From the NCBI GenBank assembly GCA_965235115.1, contig OZ249436.1:32304001-32368000 (forward strand): a stretch of DNA of 64,000 bases. Reading direction: 5' to 3'. Below the pieces are notes generated by a model, which did not search any database, was not told the origin of the DNA, and saw nothing but the letters and a program-made list of their open reading frames with translations. This stretch comes from Laetmonice hystrix (taxonomy: Eukaryota). The first letter of the stretch is position 1, and each line of letters starts with the position of its first letter. The translations under genes and the position numbers were made by a program. Below are positions 1-12,135 of the stretch, one piece after another.

Positions 1-2309
1 TAACGTCTCTCCAGACTGAAGTACAGAAGGCTTTACAAAAATATAACACTCCCTTTTCTGATGACCTTTACACAGCTAACTATTCTATCTCTGAATTACT
101 GCTGTAAATAATCCCCATCATCTACCTACCGATCAGGCAAAAACCGCACTCACCCAAAACAATGTAAAGCAGTTCTTGAAGATGAGGCCCATTATGTGTG
201 TGTAGCCATTCATTGGGGCGTTCAAAAATGACGTCACTATTATGTGTCGTTCCCTTTTTATTTGTTAAACCGTGACGACACTGGCTTTACCATCGAGTGA
301 ACACAAATATTTGAAAAATAAATATGTGATACATTTGGGAAAAAAAATTAGTAGAAATTTGTTTTTTAACGAGATTTAATCATTCCGACCATAGAGTATA
401 AAAAATGAATAGGATGTAATCGATCTTTATTCGTCTTCCTTCCTGCACCGGCAAAACTCTCTGTGTTTTCTACTAAAGTACTGTTTGCCAACCTGTACCG
501 CATCATCATTTCCTAAATGTATCCCAAATCATGTTATTCTGGCATCTGAAGTACTGTAGGAACCAGCTGTCACAAGAAATTGATGGTATTTCGGTATGTC
601 AGCTAAAGTAAAGCCCTTCAATTCAACATAAATAGTCCCTTCATTGCTATTAATTCTTTGATATCTTTGATATATACTGGATGATCGTGGATCCACAATG
701 CATTTAATGGAAAAGGCTGAAAGCGTCCGTCAAGCTGGCACAAGTTTACATTGATATGCAATGCAATAACTGTCTCGTGCGCTATGAGATCGAAAACATT
801 AAATGAGGTTCGCAGCAATGAATATCTATCTCCCTTATATTTCATCCATCTTACCAGGCAGTCGTTATGTTTCTAACTCGATTTGATACTACCTAAAAAC
901 ATCTTGCTTTGAAACTGATAGACGCCTGAGTGAAGTCCGTAATAATCCATGGTGTGGGTGTTTGGATATAATTTTAGCCCAGCGTTTAATTCCTTTGATG
1001 GGCATCGTAAAACCCAAACTTCGTTTTGATTAAGAGCCAGTTTGTCGGCCCCAGCTGATGGAAAATTACAACTTTTCATTTACTTTTCCTCTTTTAGCAT
1101 CTCACTGCAGTAGGCTCTCCCCAGGCTCGGTTGTGGAGATCGTCTCAAGGTCACGTCCGATACAAAACCACCCCAAAGTCCATTAATTATAATGGTTTAG
1201 GGAAAAGCTTGTTGATACTTTTCTCACGTGTAACTGTCTCGTAAAACTGAAATGCCTCCGTTACACAGAGATCCCTCCACATAATGTATTAACCGTGCAG
1301 GTTGACAGGAAGGTTACTATCGTTTTCTCTGGACCAAAGTGCAGTAAAAGCCAGAGCCTGCAGAACCAGATGGATGAAGGATTTTGGAAAAGGATCTAAC
1401 TGGGGGAATTCGCTAAGAGAGGCTCTAAAGAGGACAGGTATAGGGAGACTGCCCTCCATCTCAAAACGGGGAGGGGGGGGCTGACTCCTAATTAACTTCC
1501 ACCCCCTCCTTCCACCCCCTCCAACCTTCATCCTTTCCATCTCTCGTCCATGAGTCCTCGTTAAGTTAATTACATTGTTAGGAACAAGACGTTGCATCAG
1601 AGTACGTACTGTTCAATGACCATGTGTGCTGCATGCCTAGTCAATGAATGCTGTCCTGGTCAGTAAATAGTTAAACTGGCTTAGGCATAGACAAACAGCA
1701 GCATATGTCTCTTCTTTGGTTCATTATGTGCTTCTTCCAGGAACTCCTACCTCATTATGTGCTTCTTCCAAGAACTCCTCCATCTTTCACATTTATCAAG
1801 CTTCATGAAAACAGGTGGCCAGAGCCACAACATCCGTTTAAAGGTGTACACAATGTGTTGTGGGCCAAGTGGTGATTGGATACGAGGAGACGAGGTTGGT
1901 TCGGAGAATTAAATAAACCTCCCAACATAAAAATCACTTTTAATCAAGATACAGCCATTATTTGTGTCCTTCTTGTGACTGCTGCCTGACACTGTATGTT
2001 ATACGGGGATATAGGCCCCGGATAAAAATGAAAAGACTAAAGTTTCAGTATATTACTACTATATTACTAGTATATTACGAGAGACGGCCTGAGCCTGACA
2101 GCAGTGAGGGTAAGTTACATCATTATAACCAGGCCCATACAATGCAGAATAATTATTAATCCCGATATTTTTTCTCATGTCAATATATTTGACTGATGTT
2201 CTCATAAATTCCCATATCTGCTGTTTCTGGAAACGGATAAAATTAGTTTTTACCTGCTTCATTATAGAACACGTGCCTGGACTGTATGAGACGGGACTAG
2301 AAATGGGTC

Positions 2310-2571
2310 GGTGTGACAGGAATCCAAGTCCCCCTCAAATGTAGGTCCAACGGACCTGCATTCCTAGGACTTGAAGTCCGTGATCTTGTATTAATAATTA
2401 TTTAAATAATAATTCTTCATAATCCTATACCTAATCCTAACCTTAACCCTAATCCATTTTTATTTTCTTAATTATATTGTCTTGTATCATGAAGTTGATG
2501 AACTAGGACCTGCATAACCAAGGAACCCAGGTCCGGCGGACCTCGATTCGGACTTGCATTCCGTTCAGACC
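2310..2571. mobile_element. MITE with internal CCTAAC-like repeats
   Basis: Imperfect TIR ggtgtgacaggaatccaagtcc / ggacttgcattccgttcagacc. Confidence 0.6.
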
Positions 2572-2821
2572 TGGGCTAATGCTGGCTGGAGGAGTCAACG
2601 AGAAATTTAGGCGCCATCTGTAGGCTTATAGAATAACTGCAGGCCTTTCACTGGAGCGTCCCCTAGCGGCAACTGTTGGAAACTATCCAAAGAGACTTGG
2701 CATCTGCACCAAGGTCGTGTTTCCTATTCTACCCTTTCCTTTTAATTCCTTTCAACTGTAAGAGGCCTTCTTATATAATGCACATGTATGTGTAGTTGAA
2801 GAATTGAAGAATTGAACTCAC

Positions 2822-2964
2822 TGCCAGGTTGTCAATTTTATTGTTGCTGATGTCCACTGAGGTCAGGTACGAGCACGATGCGAGCTCTCTCAACTCCAGC
2901 TTCAGTATGCTGTTACTATCAATACGCAGTATCCGCAGATTCTTCATACTACTTAAGCCTTTAC
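2822..2964 (-). CDS. LRR gene exon (two LRRs)
   Basis: ttttgcag|(G)KGLSSMKNLRILRIDSNSILKLELRELASCSYLTSVDISNNKIDNLA|gtgagt. Confidence 0.9.
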
Positions 2965-5900
2965 CTGCAAAACAACACTTGTTCTGCCGTTAAACTATTT
3001 CTTCTTTTAATGTCTTATCATGCAATGATTTTCAATATTTTTGAAGTGTTAGAAGACAAATGTATCAATATATTCACCAGTCAATGAAATTATGTTCCTG
3101 GGAGACCATGTATAACTAACATACATTATAAACATTAATAAAGAAAAAAAGGACCAATCAGTGGGCCTGTGGGCCGTTTTTGCATACCTAATTCCCGGAT
3201 TTTGTTGTGTTGCAACTGGAGATGACAAAGATCTTTTAACCTGAAAAGACAGACCCTGTGTCGTCACTTGAAACCAAAACTATAATTGTTCAAGTCATAC
3301 CTTCTGAAAAATGCACATTTCCTTTCCATTCTTTTTAAAATTTTACATTACCTCTGTTTATGTATTCAAGTGAAACAAATGTCTACAGTTTTATATTGTT
3401 CTTTAAGAAACCATAACAAAACTGGCCAGATGGCATTTACGTTTCTTCAAATTCCTTACAGTCTGCTCAAAGTGAACAGTCTTTCTATTTCTTTTCTAAT
3501 TTCTCTTCCTAGAAATGAAAGTATTCTGTGCCCTTTCTTCCATGTAGTGTTACTAGAAATACAAATGTCTCGTCGGCACCATGGTTTGAAAGAACATAAA
3601 GGTTTGAACAATAAGTTTTCTCACTTTGTTTATAAAGTAGAGCATGACTCTGTTCTTTCAAACACGCCTTGGCTCCTGGAGGAGGAAATAACTGTCTACG
3701 TAGGCAAGATTTTTAGTAACTACCATACATGAATATAAGGAACTTACTCTTCCAAATTTTGTATTTCTTGGATGATATTATCATAAAGTTTGAGTTCACG
3801 TAGTTCCTGCAATGAAATATAGAATGATTTAACCTTGCAGATTAAAATCAACTGGAAACAACGACCTCTTATTACCATAACTGGGTTACAAGTGAATCAG
3901 AGCAAATACATAACAAAGCATTGCTCTTCAATCTAAGGATCATTTTGCATATAAAACTTTCCTATGCCAGCACTTCTCTTACAAGTTACATTTCTTTTTC
4001 TCAAAAGGGCGTCTTCCACCCTATCTCACAGACTTTGTGTCCAGCTCATTGGCTGAATGGGTAAATGCCATAAATAAGAACAAAACAAGTAAGGTGAAAA
4101 TATCAGGACATGCCTAGAACTTTCTAAGGGAAACTTATAGTTTTCCTTCTTTCTAATTTGTGAATACTATATACTTACTTTGCAATGATGAAGATTCTGT
4201 ATTGTTGATATGTGATTACAAGACAAGTCAAGCACCCTCACTTTTGTAAACTGTAAGAGTAAAAATATGAAATTAGAGGAGAGTTTAGTTTTAGTTTATT
4301 TGTGCTACACCTTTCACTTCAAAATATGAATTTGCCATGAAGAATGTAAATTTTGGAAGGATCAATCCTCAAGAGCATCTCCTCTAGTAAAATACTGACA
4401 CTGTCTTGTTTTTAACTAAGAACTTGATACATCACAATTTTTCTTCATGGATTTTTTCAATTCATCAGATTAAAACATGGGACCCTTTCCTGAGAACATG
4501 TTGTGAATAGCAAGGAAATATTGACTGTTTATAGTTTGATAGGTGCATTACTTACTTGATCAAGGTTGTTTATTTTGTCAATATGAGCTGCATGTAAGTC
4601 AATCTGGTAGACTCTTGAACAGTCAGTTTCCTGTGCCCGACTCAGCTTGAATTAAGTGAAATACATGTATCAATATTTACTGTACAATATAGCCTACCCC
4701 CAGTATTATCATAGACCTACACTGAATTAGAAAACATAATGTTTACAGCAGAACAATTTTACAAGTTCAAAAGTAATATACCATTAAATGCTTAGACTTG
4801 CATGCCTTTCTAAGAGAACTGAAATAGATCTACAGTATCACACTTTATCAGGATAAAACATGCCTTCTAAATAGAACAATACATTTATATCGCATCTGAT
4901 CATCAAAACAAATCAGCGAGATGAAACTGGAAAGAATTTATCATTGAGACAAAATATCACCTAATACTCACTACTTCTTCAGGGGAAATGATCTTCCACT
5001 GTCGAGGAGTGATTCTGACTGGTCCATTTCTTTCCCTTGAACTTGGCACATTAATAAATTTGACATCTTGTCCTTCATCATAGTCATGCAGTTCATCCAA
5101 ATCACTATTGACTGGACCAGATTTGGCTGAGGTGGAACTTGTGGACTTTGCAGATGTTGCTGATCTAACAGATGAAGTCGACTTGGTTGAACATGAGGAA
5201 CGTGTTGATCCAGCTGACCCTGGTTTTTTACGACTGGGGATGGCGGCATTTGCTGTTGCTGGAATACTGAAGAATATTTTTTTTTTTTAAATTATACAGG
5301 TCTTCATTTAATTTTAGTTTGATATCTAGATTACATCCTCTTTTGTAAATTTGAGAATGATTTTGTCCATTTTTATAAGTTACCTTGTTCCCTCTATTAA
5401 CCACACACCCTTTTATTAGAGTGAAAATTATTTCCACTTGTAAAAATGTTGCTTTGGGTGCAATTTATCACTACAGCTACTTGGTTTCGAATTTGACCTA
5501 CTTGACCTTGTTACCGAAAATGTAGCACCTGAGCTACACTGGTAAATAGCCAGTCGGACTAGGGCTCAGTCAGTCGGGGGAGCAGTCAGTTGATGGGGAG
5601 TAGTTGGGGTGCGTATCTGGGGGGGGGAGGGGTCAGTAGGGGGGCTCTGTGGGGGTAAGTAGGGGGGTTAGTCAGACGGGGTCAGTCAGACGGGGTCAGT
5701 CAGTCGGAGGTCGGTCAGTCAGTCAGTCGGGGGGGGGGGGATTCAGTTAGGCCAGGGGGGAGGGGGCAGTCACAGGGGTCAATCGGTGTGTGTGTGTGTA
5801 GTCGGAGAGGTCAATCAGAGGAGCCCTGACTATGACCGCCGACTACCCCCCCCCCCCCCGACTCAATTTTTACCCCCTCCCCCCGACTGACCCCCCCTAA

Positions 5901-7572
5901 CACACACAGGTTTGTAAAAGGGTGTGGGGGTGTGGGGGTATGGAGTTAGTCAGGGGTGGGGGTCAATGGGGTGAATCTGGGGATAGTCAGCTGGAGATCG
6001 GTAAGTCGGGTGTCGGTCAGTCCAGGGGGGTTAGTGGAGGTGACTCGTGGGGGGATTTGAGAGGGGGGGGGGGTCACTAGGGGGCGGTCAATTGGGGGAA
6101 TCCTGACCGAGTCCCCGACTCACCATACCCTCCGAACTTAACCCCTGACACACCCCCACTAACTCCACACCCCCGACTGACCCCTACACACACACCCCAA
6201 ATGACCCCCAGACTGACTGACCCTAACTGATCCATGGGAAATTTACCAGTGTAGCATGTGTGCTACACAGAATTTGGCATGCTCTGCTTCAAAATTGATG
6301 GACCTTTTTTTAAAAAATATTGTATGCATATACATAAACTATAGATGTTCTAGGTATCAAATGACAACACATTTCAGAAGCATTTATAGTGTAGGGTACT
6401 GAGATTATCAAAGAACCCCCACCTTCAATCTACTCTGGTTTCCACTGGTAGAGGCAGCCATCTTGTCTACCGGCTCATAGGCAATCAATTAAGGGTGCTG
6501 CCAATTAGTGTTTATTAAACGACCTAGTAGTAGTAGCTTATATACTACGTTGGTTAATAAAGGTAGGCTTAGGTGCCTGAATTTTGCAGTGGCCAATTCG
6601 AGGGGGGGGGGGGGGCACCCGGCCCAGGCATCCCCGCCCCCTATTTTTATTTCTATACCTGAATCGTCTGAGCCTGAGCCTCCCCCCCTTTCAACTTTCA
6701 AGGTAACAGTAACGTTACTACTACAGACTACAGTCTACAGTAGGTACAGTATTCTATTAGATCTACTGTCTATTACTGTAGTGTAGGCTTATATAGTTAG
6801 TAGCTTAGCGTTTCTTAAGCTGTATCCTCACTGCCACTGGACACGTGCGACGCGAGCGACGCGCGCATTTATTTTAGAAGTAATGGAAATGAATGGAGTT
6901 TGCACTGGCCGCCCGCGATGCGCACGACATTTTTTGTGACGCGCTCCATTCATTTCCATTACTTCTTTGAAAAAACGCGCGCGTCGCTCGCGTCGCACGC
7001 GTCCATCGTGAGGATACAGCTTATATAAGGCTTTAGGCTTTGGCGTTTTTAAGTGAGGGGAGAGGTTTATAGCAGCCTAAAGGTTAAAAGCATACTATAT
7101 TTACATAACCTACTGTATTTGAGATTAATAGGCGGACAATGTGATGTCAGTCACAGCGAGTGCTAACACAATGCTCTAGCTGTAGTCTGACTCTGTACTG
7201 TAGTCTGAGGCTCTCACATGTCAATATTGATCAGTACCGTACTGACCTGGGTATCCGTCTTCGCATTCGCGGCCTAATGCCATTTCCAGCACTGTGTGAG
7301 ATGTACATTGTGTGCAATGGATTATTATTCAGATTGGTATCTCCCTTCGCACGAATTCGGGTTGCCATCATTTCCGATTTTTCTTCTTTAGAACATGTAG
7401 ATCCGCGAGTCAATGTTTTGTATTCGCCGAACCTCGACCTCCTGTCCGCGAGTTTGTTTTCCATCGCGACGGGCACCATGAGAAATGCGACCTCGTTTCT
7501 GTTGAGCATCGAAAGCGAGGCTTGGGAATCCCCTCGTTGGGCTGTCCCCGTCAGATCATCAACAGAATGCAT
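2822..7572 (-). CDS. Leucine-rich repeat protein (SDS22/PPP1R7-like LRRs after a Ser-rich N-terminus), 7 exons, 3' end beyond left edge
   Basis: Exons 7572-7247, 5266-4972, 4645-4556, 4250-4179, 3806-3748, 3240-3188, 2964-2822, all GT-AG with compatible phases. They translate to consecutive LxxLxLxxNxIxxIxxL repeats (FTKVRVLDLSCNHISTIQNL, ELRELKLYDNIIQEIQNLE, LKDLCHLQLQHNKIRELG, MKNLRILRIDSNSI, YLTSVDISNNKIDNL). Confidence 0.88.
3188..3240 (-). CDS. LRR gene exon
   Basis: ttttcag|LKDLCHLQLQHNKIREL(G)|gtatgc. Confidence 0.9.
3748..3806 (-). CDS. LRR gene exon
   Basis: ttgcag|ELRELKLYDNIIQEIQNLE(E)|gtaagt. Confidence 0.9.
4179..4250 (-). CDS. LRR gene exon (72-nt single LRR)
   Basis: cttacag|FTKVRVLDLSCNHISTIQNLHHCK|gtaagt. 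Confidence 0.9.
4556..4645 (-). CDS. LRR gene exon
   Basis: LSRAQETDCSRVYQIDLHAAHIDKINNLDQ|gtaagt. Confidence 0.85.
4972..5266 (-). CDS. LRR gene exon (Ser/Thr-rich)
   Basis: ttcttcag|T ATT CCA...WKIISPEEV|gtgagt, 295 nt open. Confidence 0.85.
5521..6267. mobile_element. Non-autonomous DNA transposon with 27-bp TIRs and G-rich/C-rich inverted interior
   Basis: tgtagcacctgagctacactggtaaat ... atttaccagtgtagcatgtgtgctaca. Confidence 0.7.
6818..7021. mobile_element. Palindromic MITE
   Basis: agctgtatcctcac...gtgaggatacagct with long internal inverted arms, flanked by TA. Confidence 0.8.
7247..7572 (-). CDS. LRR gene, probable first coding exon
   Basis: ORF MHSVDD...RRRIP ends at AG|GTCAGT (phase 2), matching the next exon. 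Start codon uncertain: a CAG acceptor lies 2 nt upstream of the ATG. Confidence 0.7.
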
Positions 7573-7945
7573 GCCTGCGTGCTTGATCGATGTGGTGATT
7601 ACGAATTAGAATGACAGAACTTATAGTCTATCCCACACCTTTGGCAAAGTTGAGCTTACCAAGCATTTATCACACCGAAAACGACCCCATAATATCAAGA
7701 CCCATTGCCATTGTGATGTCGGAACATTAAAATAATTTTTTTGTAGGTTAACACAGCCCACGGTCGATCACATTCACAGTGAGCAGCACTTGGGGGCCGG
7801 GGGGGGGGGGGGGGCAAAACTAGGGTTGCACCCCCACCCTCGTTACGAAGTAATTTTTCTCTCTTTTTTTCTGCCTGAAAGTCACTCGGCGTCACCATGT
7901 AGGGGTTAGGTTAGGCCTGTGAAATTAGACTTATATTTAGCACAT

Positions 7946-8640
7946 GGGAGACCGGGGCTATAGGCTAGTTGTCACACTTTTTACACTTTTATATTTTTTG
8001 GACCCCAGTAAATACGACACTTTGTGTTAGCCTTACTATGAACAAATACAATATCTCATGCATCTCATGGTAGTCTCATGCATTTTAGCCCCGTATTATA
8101 AACGGAAATAATATTAAATGAATAAACAAATATTTATTCCATGATGTGACAACCGGCCCCATAATGGTGATGGTTGTCACAGTGCATGGGAATGGTTAAT
8201 ATGGGCACAAACGATAAATATCTTGTCAATAATAGCTTGTCAAACACGCACATTATTATCCACGCTTCGGATAATACGGGCTTGTTCGAAAATATATATA
8301 GCTCCAATTTTTAAAAATTTCTGACAGAAAAGGTGCTCATAAATAACTTTATGTCTTATGTCTTTATACAATTGGTTATTTTTACTTCGTATCTATCTGT
8401 AGCAGTGTACTTCCAATTACAATATTAGTACAATACTCAAAAATTACTAAAAAAAAATATTATTATATAAAAGTTGACACAACTTTTGACCCAAGACGTG
8501 CTGACGACGGAAACGACGTTTGTTAAAGTATGACAGTCTACCGCAAGAGCTAAGCCGTGCCAATACTTCCCCTTGTGGCTAGTAAAGGGACTACAAAGAA
8601 TGTGACAACCAACCCGTGTGACTTCTAGCCCCGGTCTCCC
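7946..8640. mobile_element. Non-autonomous pogo/mariner-like element
   Basis: TIR gggagaccggggcta / tagccccggtctccc-TA; internal ttgtcaca/tgtgacaa motifs. Confidence 0.7.
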
Positions 8641-9027
8641 TAAATAAATTGCAAGCCTTTTCAACATTTTATTCCTATTTAATGATCTCACTTTAAATTA
8701 GAAATATCATGAATATTTTTTTAAACCTTGCTACCGCTAATTATCTGTGGCTATCATTAAATATTTAATGATAAGAAATAAATTAATGATCTAGACTCTC
8801 CCATATATTCCCTTGCCCCGGCAGGCCTATTCACTTGATAATATCACTACAGCTATAGGAAGATATTTTGAATCGGGTTGTCACAAATAGGCAGCCTTGC
8901 ATGTCATGAATTATGTAGGCCTATAGACCTAGGCCTATACATACGTACGACACGCTTCAATACTGGCCCATTATAAGCTATCTATGAGATTCGGTGGTAA
9001 ATTACCATGATCTATTACACCTGAGCG

Positions 9028-9041
9028 GTAACCATGGTAGC
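9028..9041. promoter_or_regulatory. RFX X-box-like motif in the CpG-rich intergenic region between divergent genes
   Basis: GTAACCATGGTAGC resembles the X-box consensus GTNRCC-N(0-3)-RGYAAC with one mismatch. Confidence 0.35.
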
Positions 9042-11139
9042 GGGATGCTGTGTACGCGCGTCTGCCGCATCACCTGCGTTCTCAGACAGCTCACTCCTAT
9101 TGCCGGAGCAGCTGGCGATAGCCCGAATACAAACGGATCGATGACGGTATTACTTTGTAGGCCTAACCTATGATGTTTTCGATATGTGGCAGTAGAAATG
9201 TAGGCATTTTTAAAAAGGCAGAGAAGAGGAAATGTGAGGGCAGGACAAAGAGTGCCAAACCTCTCATACAACACCATCAGACTTTCAACTGGAACTTTGT
9301 ATACATCGGAGTCCGTCCCAGCCCAGTACCGATCTATCGTCAGGCCTGGACGGCATGCTGAGGTCACCAGTGTTGATTATATTATTAAAGGTAGGATGAA
9401 AGGATGAAACATACACGGGTACCAACATCCAAAACCGTTCAAAATATACCGGTACTAAATGTTTACTAAAATAGTAGGCCTTTACGTAGGCTTAAACTTA
9501 TAGACTACATGTAGTCGACATACCGGCCTAATACGCCTGTATATAGGATACTAGATTAGTAGAATTATAATATCATATATAGGCCTAGTCTCTGATTAGG
9601 AAATCTATACTTAAGACCGTTTCATTCTGTATAACTGAATCTAAACTGACATGGTTATGACCGGGTCATGACCATTTAAGATATCATGATAAAGAGGTTC
9701 ATGAAGACGTAGCCACGTGCCTATATAATTCGTTTCAATCAATATTTTGGTTATTATTGGTTTCATAATGACCAGAATTTATAGATTATAATTTTATTTA
9801 AATTTCAGTAGGGGCCTATACGTGTGACAAGAAAGCAGCCATGGCTTACACAGGTAAACATACAATTGTTATAAATTTAATTGTGCATGCTTCACAGATT
9901 CCTATAAACTGTTGATAAACATGCATGCATGCCTTCAATCTATATGGTTTGGAACTATGTGACATGTCGGTGCAAGCAGGGACATAGGTGGAGTCCGTCA
10001 TCTCATCCTTCCTGGTATTGATCGAGTACAGAGATCAAGAAAGCTCCTTGGTCACATGGTAGATGCCACCTTCCTTCTGACCCAATAAATAGTCAATAAT
10101 TTTAGGTATAATACTTTTGCCATCGCTATCTTCTACACTTACCAAAGAAGATTCGCCAGGCCGCCTTATGCGCCTCATCCCAATTTAAAACGTCGAGCGT
10201 TGCAGTTATAGGTCAGTGAATGTGGCTACGTGTAAGCGATTCTCTAAGGTGGCAGAGTTAGACCCTCATCATTAACGTCAGGTGAGTGATGCGGTACCGC
10301 ATGCAGTGATGTGCCTCGTTAGTAGAGGATTTGTCAATGGAGGAGGGGTTTTACCTGTCGGCTTCAATCAGGGCTTCCCTGCTGAGCACACCTGATGTAC
10401 GGTACACACAATGGTAATATGTGACATGTTGGCTGGCATGCTTGTAAACCGGCCCTCCGTGTCGTCGTGAGAGATTATACAGAAGCGGACCTCATCATTG
10501 CCATCACTTGACCGTAAGCTCTTGAGCCCCTTCAAACCTTTTACAGTCGAACACCGTGTAAACAGAGGTTCGTCGCCATCAGATGTTTTCATGTCGATCG
10601 TTTATCATTATGAATACCAGAGGACGTTTAGAATTGCGTGAATTATCAGATTGGGCCGTGTTGGAAACGGTTTTTAAGAGGTAAGCTGCATGCAGGATGT
10701 TGAAATGTTCGTTAACGTTATTCTGCCCCCACTTGAGTAGGCCTGCCTACACATGTAGTTTTCATGCAGTCGTGTGATTAACACTTTTTTAAATATTATA
10801 TATTATCATAATGTTTGACCTGTATACTTAACCTTTTATGTCACATTTTATGGAGAATAGACCTATCAGGAATGATAGGCCGTATGCGCTGTGTATAACA
10901 TATAGGTTCTAATCCATTGAGCATTCTGATCATCCTATTACTTGATAACCCATTTTTATAATCAGGGATGAAGGTATTACAAACTAATATTCACAGGAAG
11001 ATTGTAGAGAAAGCCATCTAAGTAGTTCGTTAATGGCAACCCATAATTAAGCAAAACAATTCATTTTAAGTTTGTTGGGAACCTGCATGAATTTTTTCAA
11101 TATTGGACAATTGGATATGCAGAGCGATTGGTGGGTGGG

Positions 11140-11349
11140 TATTTGAGGTTTTACGCCTTGCAACAGCCAGGGTCATATCACGGCGGTGAAGATGATGATG
11201 AAAGTCAGTTTTTCTTGGTGGAGGAAACCGGAGTACCCGGAGGAAACCACCGACCATCGGGAAGGAACTGACTGACAAACCTTTCATACATGCAGCCCAG
11301 GCCGTCATGAGCCAACACCTTAGACCACTCGGCCACCCGAGGCCCCCCA
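11140..11349 (-). mobile_element. tRNA-derived SINE (internally deleted)
   Basis: A-box ggtggccgagtggtctaagg; core gtggtttcctccgggtactccggtttcctccacc typical of V/Meta-type SINEs; tail ggcgtaaaac. Confidence 0.75.
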
Positions 11350-12135
11350 GAGCGATTGGAATAAGCCAAATCATCGCGCTCATGCATTTACGCGCATAAA
11401 TACCTCCTTTGTGGTCACATAGATGCATTTTATGCCCACTACTTTAGAGCTAGCCTAACGTTTGATACTTTAGATGGTTAAAATCTTAATTTGAATACTG
11501 GATAAATGGGAATCACAATGTAGGCCTACAATTTCAGAGGAATAGAGTCATTTTCAGTATTATTGGAGGCCCAATATTAATGACCTTAATTCAAAAAGGA
11601 AAATTGAATAAGATTGGGGCCTTCTGGTACTGGCCATCATTGCTGGAAGAAAAATAAACAAGGCTCTGTAGACATTTCTCTCCAAATTCAGCAAATCCAT
11701 AGTCGATGTGGGCACATCAACTGCGCTATCGATCGATGAGGAATTCTAAGTTGACTTTTGGAGCTGACATGCATCCATCACCAATCGATGCATTTACGCT
11801 GCAGGTTACCTGGTTACAAAAAACTTGACGTAAACTAGGCACAATTAAAAACGCAATAATCTTCGGGCATTTCTGCTTTTAAAAAATCATTCTGGATGAA
11901 ATATACTTGCCTTTTTGTACGTTGTCCCTGATAATGCGCTCAACAAGTGTGGAACAATAAATTGTAGGCTATAAATTATGTAGTGCCCAGAGAGAACAAA
12001 AAATGACCCAGAGAAACAAAGAACGTGATTGATTCGATTTTATTTCAGGTTTACGACGTGCCTTGTTTCCAGTTGAGGTGGATGGATCGCGACGACCTTC
12101 ACCAAACTCCCGTGCTGCGTTTGAATCCATTCTAG

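Noticed and set aside
7160..7614. Plus-strand ORFs of 149 and 100 aa
   Set aside because: Antisense shadows of the LRR gene's first exon
11140..11349. tRNA gene
   Set aside because: Only an A-box is present; no cloverleaf or B-box, and it is followed by a SINE core
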